This document shows positions 13,697 to 27,700 of a stretch of DNA of 64,000 bases, in pieces. Position 1 is the first letter of the stretch; the number at the start of each line of letters is the position of its first letter. Below the pieces are notes generated by a model that saw nothing but the letters and a program-made list of their open reading frames with translations, did no database searches and was not told where the DNA came from. Origin of the DNA: Priapulus caudatus (lineage: Eukaryota); the NCBI RefSeq assembly GCF_000485595.1, contig NW_014577079.1:626766-690765 (forward strand), written 5' to 3'. The translations under genes and the position numbers were made by a program.

Positions 13697-16600
13697 GGGA
13701 ATATAATAGACACACCATGTTATACGTGTGGTGTAGACACTGCTAACATAAATACACACCTGCAGAGTAACCTCACACCACTCCTCATTGACAGTATCGT
13801 ATGCGTAGCCAGAGACCTCTCGAGCCACATTGATCACGGCCTGAAAAGTAGTAATTAAGTGCATTAGGCATAGGAATCGGATGCATTTGTATATGCATGT
13901 TTATTGTATTATGATACAGACTTGTTGTAAATGGTTATAACATTAGAAATAGCAAATATACCATTAGATATTATATATGTGCAAAAGAAAATAGGATGTG
14001 CAATGAATGCTTCTCAGAAAGGAACAATGGTGATATTTACATTTACTATGGCAGCGTCCATTTTTGGTGGTGTTTTACTGATACTCTTCAGTTTTTTCTT
14101 TTTTCTTAAAGACTGTAGAGTTTGACCCTCCTCATCTGATACATTGTCTACACTGATAGAATCTTCAGCCTCATCATCTTGTTCTACAAAACATCAACGA
14201 TATACAAATTTTAACCTATTATCAGGGTGACTAGCCATCTATAATTTGACTCTGTGTTTCATTGCCTGCACCATGTATTAATTCTCTTCACACAATAGAG
14301 TGAACAAAATGCCAAATTACAAAAACATTTTCAACACGGTTTCATGCACTGCTGCTAGGCAATAAAGCCATATAAAACACATGTGTGTTAAATTAATGAC
14401 AGATATTCTCAATTAATCATCATAAACAATAGAAAATATTGATGTCAAAACTACTGAATAACACAAAGGAAATAAAGCCATATAAATTAACTACATCGCA
14501 TAACTGATTAATAATATACTTCACATTGAACATTAAAAATACATTTCACATTTTTGAACGATAAAATTTAACCGAAGGGAGATTAATTACATTTCACGTT
14601 CCAGAAGCAATAGTTGCTATAATACCTTCCTCTTCTTCATCATCCTCTTCCTCCGTCATGTTCATCTCCTCCATCTCCTCCTCCTCGCCTCGGTATTCCC
14701 CGTCGTCACCCGCTCGCTCACGCTCCTTCTCCGCACCCGCGTCCCCATCGTTCGCTTCATCCCCCGAGTCTTCGCTGTCATTACCGCCGACATCCGGTGG
14801 CGCCCCCTCTGCATCACCCCCGCCTCCAGCATCGCCACCTGGTGGCGACTCATCATCGTCGTCCTCATTGCTCGCTCGCCGGGACACTGCGGGTTTGAAC
14901 GACGCCACGTGCAGTTGCCTACAGACACACAACGCCACGACCGAGTCAGAGCTGCCACATGTTTGTGAATAGCGTTAAATAGATGCGCAAATGGAATGCT
15001 TACGCGAGTGGGTATTGTAGTGTAGGCTGCAGACGATTTAGCAGCATGCATAGACACCAGAGTGCTGAATATCCAATCTACAAACAACATCCCTGACCGC
15101 CGTTATCGTTAATCCCGGCTGGCTCAAGCCTCCTCATGTACATTCATCAGAACGTACATCGTCACCATGACCCTAAGCTAAACCTGAGCCGATCATGTAT
15201 TCTTTAGCCCCAGCTCAGTCAAGCATTCTTCAGAATCATCATCATCATACATCATCACCATAAAGCTAGCCTAATCCTGAACCCGTGTATGCATAGATGT
15301 CAGAACGCAGACTTAACCAACGTTAACTGTCCCGCCAGCTAGGATAAGGTGACCTTTACTGACATCAATGACATCTCCATCATTCATTGGCACGTTGCCA
15401 GCAGGCATACTCACTGTGCAGCTGCTTTTGTGCTGCTCTTCATCTTTTTCTGGATGACGGAGAGAAGATTCTTGATGAATTTCGTCTGCATGAAATGCAG
15501 CACGTTGCTTGGTCGCAGCGCACACTTGTCTTTGTAGCGTGAGTACGGCAGGAACTGGAAGAACAGCTTGTATATCCGGAACTTCTGCCTGAAAGCAACC
15601 GACCAAATGCGGATTTCTTGAGCATTTTCTCATGCGAAGTGTTCAGAAAAAAAACATCTCATTTGAAAGCTATAGTTACAGGTTGTCCTTTGCAATGAAA
15701 TTTAGTATGAGTTAATAGTTGTGAAATAGTTCAACATGTTCAAAAAGCCTTATAGATATTTTTTTTTATGTTAAAATTTCTCACCATCCACCATCTTCAA
15801 TTGACATCTTCTCACAAATTCTAACTTCTTCCACAACCTGTAAAAACGACACACAAAATACATTTAACAGCCTAACATCACAATCAACAAAACAAAAACT
15901 GAAAAGTCCACATGGTTCACGAAAGAAAAACCTAAAAATGTGCAAAAACGAATATTGTAAACCATTATTGAATTAATAAATTTGGTTACTATTTCATTTT
16001 TTAATTTACAAGGTTCACTTAGGTACTTGTGTACTTTGGTACTAGTGACTTACTTAGGTTACAAAAATAAATATAATAAAAATATTTATATATACAATAT
16101 AATTATATATATATATATAAATATAAAAATATATTAATATAATAAATATAATACCGTCGACAGGTAGGCGCGTGTTAGCTTCAGCTGCAGAGTCTTCATC
16201 TGCCGGGCTGACACGTGATCGAGGAATGGCACTTCCATCGTCGGAGTCTTGATGCTGGCACTGGCGACCATCAGAATCTCGCGCAGACGCGGTATACCCA
16301 GCGTGACGTTCATCTCTCCACGCCCGGCAAAGTGAAACGTGTTCAAGGTCATCTGGGTCGAAGGTTCGCCGATCGACTGCGGGGTACAAAAGAAGAACGC
16401 ACTCTAATACCAAAAATGGCGTCGATAATATACCACATCATCTCTCCTTATCTATCATTGAGCTGGCGTCGCTGGTTTTGTCCCTGAAGCAAAGTAATGT
16501 CCGACAATATATACAAACTTAAACCATACACTCCAAGTGCCGACTAAAAGTGCACATCATTTAATTCGAGATGGCAGGTCACTCGGGAATAGTCGACAAT

Positions 16601-17337
16601 GTGTTATATCACAGTTGGCCGTGAGGTCACGAACCATGCTAGTATGCTCACATAATCACGCCTCTGGAGCTGATCCTACTAAGGGAATTCTGAATGATGA
16701 CCATGAATTAAAATGCTATATAAGACTATGTTTAATTATAATTCACAACTAAATCGAAGCAATTATCAAGGCAATATGAATAGAAGTAAATAAATTCGAT
16801 CACAATTTCTTTACTTGACAGTAATGGCACAAATGTTACGTCAAAGAAGAAGAAATATGACGCAATTATTACACTTACTAATACAACTACGTTGGCACTA
16901 GAGACATATCCATCTTGTATGTGTATCCTACTGATAGTGATATAATTAGGAGTACATTAACATTAACAGTAATATTAGTCTAACCTGCACATAACAGGAT
17001 GTTGAACTATACCTGAGCGGCTAGCAAGCCGACTGCCTCTGCTGGTTCACACATCGCCTTCATGTTCTCATAATACATCAATGTCCGAAACTCATCCTGG
17101 CTCACACGCCCCCTCTGGTGATCAGCTTCTTTACTAATGAGGTTATCGGGATTCTGGCTCAGGTAGTCATCGACGACGTCAGACATTCTCTCAGAGATGG
17201 CGCCAAAGTACCGACATGCAGATAGCTGCGAGCTGACGGGATCGGGGCAACCAGATATGTGCTTTTCATACCTGCAAAAATATTACTAAACTCGAATCTG
17301 TTTTGCATGCACGCACTCATGCTCACACATGCACGCT

Positions 17338-17377
<40 letters not shown>

Positions 17378-20300
17378 CACACGCACACACACACACACAC
17401 ACAGCTGTTCATTACAGACACCTACTGTTCAAGCAAAAAATATTCTCGTATATATGTTTACAGGTTTCCTTACTATATGTGAATGGCAATTTCTGACTTA
17501 CTTCCTTCTCTTATCGTCATCCAACTCCCTCCAGGAGTTCACGAGGGCGGTGAAAGCCATGCCTCTCTTGGCACCGGCCACCTCCCCAAACTGCTCTCGG
17601 AGCTCGGGAAGGTGTTTCTGACCGTACTTCAGGAAAGCCGAGCACCTCTGTTTATGTGAGGAACCACGCTTCCTCTTCCACTTCGATATCTGTATAAATA
17701 TAGAGTAATATATAATATAGAGCAGAACAAAGGAAAAGGCTTCTTTTATTATTCTATTACCTTTGTGGCAGGTGTATGCATGCAAGACTCGTTTAGCATC
17801 GCTCCTAATCAAAACAGCTATATGACTCCACTGACTGACAAACTTACGAATGTTTATCTACATCGAAAATACCCACTAGCGATAAAACTCTTGTGTGGTA
17901 TGCCCCGTCAAAATATCTAAGAAAAAATATTCCGAGAAATACGACCGTACGCTTTTTTGCAGCTTCGGTGCTGTCGCGGTGTCCATCACCTTCTGTATGT
18001 CTTCAATGGGACGTTTATCAATCACCGCATCGTAATTATCAATGAGGAATCTGAACTGTCCCTTGTTCAGAAACTGTGTCTTCCCAATATCAAGACCATC
18101 CTCACCATATAGAAACTAAAAAACAATAATAACAACAAATCTAGTTCAGTGCTCAGGGTTTCTTATACATCAGAGGCACAGTGGCGCACTGCCGTTGTCG
18201 GCACGCCTTTGAATCCATCATGTGCCTTTGTCTAATTTTCCCTCAGAAGAAACCCTGGTGCTGTCAAGATTATTGTATACACAGTCATTATATACCCCCT
18301 ATAATACTATTAATAGTAATATCTTGCATGTAATGTATTTATGAATGAGTGAGGAAGCTACACTTCTCATTTGTAAAATAATTTCTATTATCTCCTGTGC
18401 TAGTTCTACTTAGACTTTACGCTTCACATCAGGCAGTAAAATGTAAAATAGTTTTAACCACAAAACTATACTACCATAATTAGGATAACTCTTATTTAGT
18501 TCTCTTAATTTTATAAGTCTTAATAACATGTATCTATAACTCTTATAACTACCTGAATGACGCTACCGTCACTGTCTCTCACAGTCATATCGTAGTTGAC
18601 TATGATGCCCTCTAGATGCTTGATTATACAGCGCTGCAGGTAACCACTACGACTTGTCTTCACGGCTGTATCTATAAGACCCTGAATCAGTGTGAACGTG
18701 CATAATTATTACCTCATTGTTACAGTATCATTTACAGAGTACATGCAACATAATAACAGAAAGCACTATTGCTAATGTAGCATATGCAAATGACTGCTTC
18801 CCCCACCCACACACACCTTGCCCTCCTTCCCCCACCACACACATCACCCTCCCCCACCCATCCCCACCTCCTAACACACACCTGACACTCCCCCACCCGA
18901 TACACACCTTTCCTCCCCCACCGATCCTACCACAACACCTAGAACCTCCCCCACCATCCACACCCCCTCCCACCTCCTACCCACACACCTGACCCTCTCC
19001 CCCACGCATGCCACACCTCCCCTCCCCACCTCCTACCACACACCTGACCCTCCCCCACCCATCCACACTTCCTACCATGACGCTGACCCTCCTCCACCCA
19101 TCCCACTCCCCCTCCCCACCTCCTACCACACACATGACCCTCCCACCCATCCACACTCCTACCATGCACACTGACCCTCCTCCACCATCCCCATCCTACC
19201 ACACACCTGACCCTCCCCCCAACCATCCATATCTCCGACCTCCCCACCCCTACCACACCTGACCCTCCCCACCCATCCACACCTCCCCTCCCCTCCCGCC
19301 ACACACCTCACTCCCTCACGCCACCCACACCCCTCCCCTCCCGCCACACACCTCGCGTCCGGGCATGGCAGTGAAAGAAGAAACTCCTGTGGGCGTATAC
19401 CGGTGAAGGAGCGGCAGTCGATAAGGCTGGAATATACCTCACCTCCTCTCCCACTCCCCCCCCCACCCAATACACACACCTCCCCCTCCGCCACAGCCCC
19501 TCCCCCTCCTCCTGCCGCACACACCTCCCCCTCCCCCTCCCACCACGCACCTCACGGCCGGCCATGCAGTGGAAGAAGAACTCCTGCGGGCGTATGCCGG
19601 TGAGGAAGCGTCCGTCGATGAAGCCGCCGGCGCGCGGCGTCGTGTCGTACGGCGCGAACGACGGCAGCTGCGCTCCACTGATCATCAGCGGCGGACGCCG
19701 GCCCTCGAGCTCGATCTGTCCGAGGAGGCACGAGATCTGCATGCAGTTCACCTGCGGGAGCGCGCACGGAAACAACGTTAAACATGCGCGTGTTGACAGG
19801 TTGACGTGTATGCCTGTAGGAGTGAAAAAACGCAGCCAGGGTATGCCTAACGTGAGCACGTGCCTGTCGATACAAGCACGTACCTGTGGATACAAGCATA
19901 CCTGTAAATATAAGCATATAAGTGTAGATACAAGCACATAGCTGTATATTCAAGCACATACTTATAGATACAAACATATCCCTGTAGCTACCAGGATATA
20001 TATGCAATATACCAGCACACCTGTAGTTTCAATCCCACACCCATAGAAACAAGTAAGTGCATACCTTTAGAATCAAGTGCATACTCATAGATACAAGCAC
20101 ATACCTGTTGATACTATCATACCAATAAACACAAGGACATATCCAGTGCAAGTCTCTAGTTTACACACGCATTAAGGTTGCGACAAGATGATATGTTTAT
20201 GCGGTAAATGTACCATTGAGCCTTTGGCACCGGACTGCACCATCAGCTGCAAGTTGTTGTTAGGGAACGTCTTCAGCATGCCGTGTGGAAAGCAGGCCTT

Positions 20301-23300
20301 GTTGATCTCGTTATTCGTCTCATCTGTTTTTGCTTTCATACACAAGTCCAGCTCCTTGAGATCACCATCATCCTGGCTGTAGTGGCTGGCACGATACCGC
20401 TGTGAAATCTCGTTCTATTGGTATGAAATATTCACTTATATTATGTACTACATTATTATTAATGAAATAATTCAATTAAAAATTATGCATCTTTTATGAA
20501 AGTAGAATGTAGTCAAAAATCATATGTGGTGTATTTCAAACCAAGAATGTTCCATTGCACAGTTATTTACATTCTATGCAGCCGCGAGAAAAAGAACGAC
20601 TTTCATCCTTATTTAACCTATTAACTTTTACTACATACAGTTAAACCTCGATTATCCGACCGAGTGCACAGGGAGTATTTTGTCCATATAACATGTATAA
20701 CTGATTGTTCGGATAACTAATCGGATCGTATTACCGTTAACGATCGTATTACCGTCTCGTATTCACGAGACCTTGAGATCTTGTTAGGATAATCTGAAAT
20801 TCGGATTATTGATGTTCGGATAACCGAGGTTTGACTGTATAACTATTATAGCACATGTTATAATTATGTATAACAGATTCAGCACCTCATCTGTGTAATT
20901 GCTGACACCAAGTGCCTTAGCGGCGACCTCTGAACCCGCATTCCTCGCGGCGGCCATGATTACTGCACGCTTGCTGTCGCCATCTGGTGTCACGATGATG
21001 TCCTCCACACCCAGTGTGAACCCACGCAGCTGCAGGAATGCAGTAAACAGTCTCGCTAGACTGGTCAGTAGCTTGCCAGAGATTGCTCCACCATACAGCT
21101 GCAATGACAACATGGTTCGCTTGCAATGACCTCGTGTGACCTGTCTCTCCCAAAATTTCTTAGCCACCACAAACAGTTTGTGGACCTAAAAATTCTTAGC
21201 CACCACAAACAGTTTGTGGACCTAAAAAATTCTTAGCCACCACAAACAGTTTCTGGATCTAAAAAATGTATTAGCCACCACAAACAGTTTGTGGATCAAA
21301 AGATTTCTTAGCCACTACAAAACAGATTGTGGACCATTAATTTATTGTCAACACATGTACACAAAACACAAATTGCTTCTGCAGCATAATAAGCTTGTTG
21401 GCCACAAATATGTGCTTATATCCAAAGCAAACAGCACAATGACATGACAGTTTACTTGTCACCCATATATGCATGGGTTCACAATTTGGTTGTGGTGGCT
21501 TAACATCTTTATACTGAATCACTCAGTGCTCTCACTTTGGTCTACGCAAAATTCCACAACTGTTTGGCTAAAATTCCTTAAAATAATATAATCCATAATT
21601 CACTATGGTTTTCTATTATTATTTATTGGTATTTCTATAGCATTATGCGCATTCTATAAAATGCTTCCTCTAAAAAGCGCCATCTACCACCATGAATTTA
21701 TGAATTAATTTTGGCAGCACTATGCCATTGTTTCAGTCATTAAAGTATATAGATCATAGAAATAATATACTAGTTAGACCATGTGTCTCTATATATTTCT
21801 ATGATATAGATAGAGGCGCTACTTGCAATAGTGCAAACGTCAAGATTAGCATGCTACATGTAATTAGGAATTGCTGTGAGACAAAACCAGAAGTTGCCGA
21901 ACGTACGGAACAATATTTCAACCTATAATAACCATGAACGGGCGTATACGTTTAAAATGTTCATTATAAAGTTATTTAAATATAGGTAGACAGAAACATT
22001 AAATACAACTTTATTTCATTATACATTGAATATGATATGCTTTTTTAAATAAAATACATGTAGTATTAAATAGTGATGTTACGATCATCGATTATACTCG
22101 ATCATCGGTTGAACAGTGGCTCGAACCAAGAGCTTGGTTATCAAAATCCATAATCGATTTCATCAACAACAAAAAAAATAAATAAATAAAAATAAATAAT
22201 AATAAAACTTGAACAAGAAAACTTGGAAAAGTGATGAGAATCAGAGATATCATTGCTACTATACAAGTTATCCTTTATTAACATACATGTATTATACACA
22301 CAGTAGTAAACAGTGCAAAACAAACAGTAAACAGGGCTAAACAAGCACATACATGCACTCACGTACATGCACACGACGTTACACACACGCAGGCATTCAA
22401 CACCCCGAGTAACCGATTGTAACCGATCATCGATTACTTGGGTCCAACCGATGATCGATTACGAAATTACAACCGATTGACAACACTAGTATTAAAACAG
22501 TCAGTGGGTTACTTATTATATTGTTTCGCATTATGAAACATGAAAATGTGCAACTTTAGGCCCGAATTATATAGCTCTTGGTTAGACACATCTGGGTAAA
22601 AGTGATCTCACCTCGTAGCAACAGTGCACAAGACCATAGGGCGTCGCTCCATAGTGACCCTTGTCCAGTACTCCCACCAGCAGCTCTCCATGTCTGACGA
22701 CTACCTGACTCTCTGTCATGTTGTCGCCCTGCAGAGGCGTTCCACCGGCTATCCAACGCCGTGCTGGCACCTTGAAACACGAGAGTTCATGTTAATGTAG
22801 TGACATGCAGAATTAATGGAAAATGGCACAGTCTAGAGCATGCACCCACACAGTTAAGGCAAGGAAATAACACTGCAGGCGAGAATGTGCAGGAGGAACC
22901 CTGCCCATTAATTCAATAATAAGAGTTTAATCTGAACTTTGGTGTTGATAGCACCCATAAAATTTGACAAAAAAAACAAGGTTCAATATAGGACTGACTG
23001 CAGTCAGAAAGGCATGTTAATGAGAAACCTGTTGCCAGTTCTTGCTTGATATCTTCGCTTTTCCGGTAAGCATTAGAGGGACTTTTCCATGAGGAATGAT
23101 GTTGCAAATCACTGTCGATATGACCTGTTAATGGAATGAATGTGATAGACACAAGTAGGCAAGTTAGGAATTACTGTCGACACAAACTGTTAATGTTATA
23201 CACACGATGGAAAAGTTCACAGATGATGCAACCTTGATAGGTTCACAAGTAATGATAGAACCGCAGTAGAACTTTACATCAGGTTTCATGCAAGACCGTT

Positions 23301-24698
23301 AAACGACGTATGTTACTGAGGCTTTCTGTTGGGCAAAAAAACACAATAAACAAGGCTTGGTAGAACGACGTTAACGTAGAAGTAATAAAAAAATAAAAAA
23401 ATACAGTACCTGTTTTCCAGACCAGAGTTGAGCAGGTTTTACGATTGAAGGTTGAAGTAATGTCACACGCTTCCGGTGGTCAGACAGACACGAGAACACA
23501 AGGTTGTGGTAATCCGCTCTGAAAAAAAATATGGGAAAAACAATTAATAAATTAAATATGCTGCAGATTGGAATTATTTTCCACTTAATTATTTGCAATA
23601 AATATGTTATGCAGCATGATTCCCACCTTCGAATATATTTGGCATGACTACTTACTCAATCTCCCCCTATATTGATTGTGAATTTCCTATAAATTTCAGA
23701 TTTCCAACGTGCCCTGTTTGAAAATTTATGTGAATTATCGTGAATTGATGGCACATCACTGGTAATTGAGCCACTCAGCAAGATCACAGCTTACCTATTG
23801 AAGAACCGGCCACGTATCATCATCATAACACCAGACACCATGTGGTCCTGAATGAGACCACTCAGTGGCGTGCCATCTTTTGGCACGAGGTACTGCTGTG
23901 TACTAAGAGCTGTCAAATAAACAAATAATTATATAATATCCAATAACCCGATAAATATATCATAAATAATTTATGATATATTATAAATTTAACCGCATAT
24001 TTATATTTACTATAACGTTTATAATAATAATTATTATATAGTTATTAAATGCACATTTATTGCATGCTATGTGCATTTATGCACATTACATTGTATTTAA
24101 TATATATGCAATTTCATATAAAAAATCAGTTTCAATGACATATTTGTAACTTTCAATATAAATACTGTTCTACTTTCTTTCAGTAAGGCACGTGTATAAA
24201 GAATTAATAAACGTCAATTTTTAAAGCCAGTCCAAACTGAAGAAAAATCCACTATGAGAAAAGTCATGAATAAATAGTTATTCCATGAATATTCTACACC
24301 AAGATGAAGAGAAAATTAAATATTCACAACCACTATAGATCTCTGACACGACTTTACGCAGGCAATTAGTTTGAGCTGCACGAACATCACCAGGAAACGA
24401 TGCACATTTCTTTCCTTTAATATAGTCTTGCACCAACCAGTTACATATAGGGGCCGGCAGAGTGAGAAATACCAAGATTGTAGGCCTCTGCCCGTCCGCA
24501 CTCGCTCTGTGGGAAATGCGCATTCATCTCGTCACCGTCGAAATCTGCGTTGTAGGCCTTGCAGTTTGCGTAGTGCAGCCGAATGGTCTTTTCTCCGCGA
24601 AGCACACGTGCCTACAAGTAACAGCAACATGGTTTATTAATTATTGAAACAAACTGTGTGAAACTAAATAATTATATATTAATAAAATGAATAAATAA

Positions 24699-24744
<46 letters not shown>

Positions 24745-27700
24745 ATATATAAATATATATATATATATCAAGAGTAGATAATAGGGAAGGAGTGTGACAT
24801 CAATAAACAAGGGAAATTCGTCATTTACTAGCCTTATAATACCTACGATTTATTACGCGTAACTCATCCAACTTGAGCTCAAATCGTTCACAGTACATTC
24901 GCCTAGCATCGTGCGAAATCGTTTCCTCGCCGCTCCCGCTAGCCACACCGCCACATTCCACATTCCGAGAGAGCAAGCACAGCAACAGCGCGTCAGTATA
25001 GCTGCCTTTTGTTTTAATAGAGGCGGGCAATGGACTTGGATTGATGGCCAAAGAATGGACAATCGTGTCGTACGTTTTAGTCTGTATCTCCAGATTGCTT
25101 GTGTAAACGAGGAAACGATTTCGCACGATGCTAGGCGAATGTACTGTGTACGATTTGAGCTCAAGTTGGATGAGTTACGCGTAGTAAATCGTAGGTATTA
25201 TAAGGCTAATAAATGACGAATTTCCCTTGTTTATTGATGTCACACTCCTTCCCTATTATCTACTCCTGATATATATATATATATACAGCATACCCTAAGC
25301 ATTAGTCAGCAGCATGCACGTATAAGGAATGGGAGTTAACAAAAACACACACACAGACAGTACAGACAAATTATACCTTGTGAGCCATGATGCTTGGTCT
25401 GTGTAGAGTCGGCTGTCGATTTAACAGCATCACATCACCATTCTTGAGATGTCTGTAAACCTGTTTCGGCAAAATGCAACAACTACATTGCACAATGATA
25501 AAAAAGAATGAGCCTCACGATAGAATTTATTAATGTTTAGCAAAATTGAGTAATTTAAGTAACTACCACCTCATCACAAATGATTTACACCTCCAACGAA
25601 CGTAGAAGTTAGTTGAAACAGTCCGTTGACAATACAATGTCTAGAGGTATAAATATGCATATGATATACCGATAGGTATATGGACATGACAGCTTCAGGA
25701 ACATGTACCTGTTTCACCCCCATCATCTTGTTCATAACATTATCTGGTGTGAGAAGCTGTTTGGCTATTGCCTCTCTCTCTGATCTCGTCATGCTACCCA
25801 GCAGAGTTTTCGATCCATTCTCGTTAATGACAAAAGCAGCACTGAAATGAGCACGAGATCTGTGAAAGCCATTGTGGGCAGCTAACTACTACAAACTCAT
25901 GGTCATGTCTGCATGCTCACGTCATGGTGCACAAAGAACAGTCCAGCCACAATGACATCTGCTGTTATGGGACAATGACCCTTCAAAGCTTTCCACGTAT
26001 TTGCATACTTAGTAATATAACATGAAAATCATTAGTATTAATAAATTCTAACACACAAACTCTCTCGACTCTCAAACTCGCAAACACACAACAAAGCTGC
26101 TCAATATACATTCCACTCCCTGCCAAACCACTCGTTTGTTGACAATAGCAGCGACACAAATGATGCCTAGGGGAAATGCTACCAGTAATACATACAGGTG
26201 TCCCCTGCCAGAAATTGTCCTTAATAATCAGGACATCATGAACCTACGACGCCTGTAACTTTGCATATTGAGTGCTACGCAAAAGTTACGGCCATCCTAG
26301 ACTGACAGTAGTCGAATAGTCGTAACCTGTTTGATGATTCTGATGATTCTGCCAATGAACTCAATAAATATACAACAAATGTGACCAGCAATGTTATAAA
26401 TGCCATCTAGGGGGTACTCGACCTGTAACAGATTTGGACGCGTCACGACTCACCCCGGGTGCACGTCTGGTCCGTTCTTGACCATCTGCCGCAGCTCGTG
26501 GACGTTCCACGGCGTGACCGCCGTCGGATAGGTCAGCTTCTTCGCGAACACCTCCGGCACGCCGATCTCGTCCGTGTCGATGTACGGGTCGGGCGAGATG
26601 ACGGAGCGACACGCGTAGTTCACGCGCTTGCCCATCATGTGCTTCCTGAACAGACCCTGCTTCTTCTCTAGCAGCTGCAATGTGTCGACGGCGGCATGAA
26701 TGATGAAATGTCAGTAATATTAATGTAGTCAGAAGTAGTAGGCCGAACGACACGGGAAAAGAGTAGCTGCGCCTAATTCGTGTCGTTACTTTGCACCATC
26801 TACAGCAGTGCTTCTTACACTATTTCAGTGTCATCCGCCCTCGAGTCTTTATCACAAAATTTCATTCACCCACAACTAAATTTCCTTTTTTTTGGTCTAG
26901 CTAATTTCATTCATCCCAAAATAATTTCATTCAACCTTGGGTGAACCATTCACCAGTTTAAGAAGCACTGATCTAGTATATGCAGCACAAACTATGTTTT
27001 GCTAGCGAAACCCAAATGGTTTCTTAAATCAGGCAAATTGCTTGAAATTCGAAATAATATATTGCTGTAAATAATATAATCTAATCGAGGAGAAAAGATC
27101 TATTGTGGGTATCTATCTATCAAAATTTCACTTTCGAATTTCTATAGCCAAGTGGACCTCATGGTCAAATGAAACCCGGACATTGCCAAGCTTTATGTCA
27201 TTTGGCTATCCTTAACTAGTATTTGACTACAAAAATGTTGCACCTGTTTCACTCCTATAGTCTTGTCCTTAATGAATGCTGCTTTGTTGAGGTCACTGTC
27301 GAACATCACATTCACACAGGTCTGCATGCGCTGCCACGTATTCTGAAGTTTTTCCATGACCGTGTCGCCCTGCACTTGACTAATCGCCGTCTGCAAGAGA
27401 TACTCTTCCATGAAATAGTATGTATATCTACTAACCTGTCCGTTGGCCTACTAACTTTTTAAATTTTTAAATGGGAGTTATAAGAATAATGGATCATTAT
27501 GTTATGTTACATGGCACTAATAGCTCTTATCATTCTTGCTAACAATTAATGTTAAGATTCTCATTTTAGCAAATTAAAACAAATAAAGATTTATAAAAAC
27601 TCGACTCACAATACTACTCTGAACAGATTTATCTTTGCTCTGCATCATGGTGAGGAGATGGTGTAATATCAGATTCTCATTCATGATGCTCTGCAGGTTG

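Noticed and set aside
15147..15242. Possible intronic C/D-box snoRNA (minus-strand ATGATGA...CTGA)
   Set aside because: The box C lies in a (CAT)n repeat amid degenerate CCCTAA-like repeats; no terminal stem or rRNA antisense element recognised.
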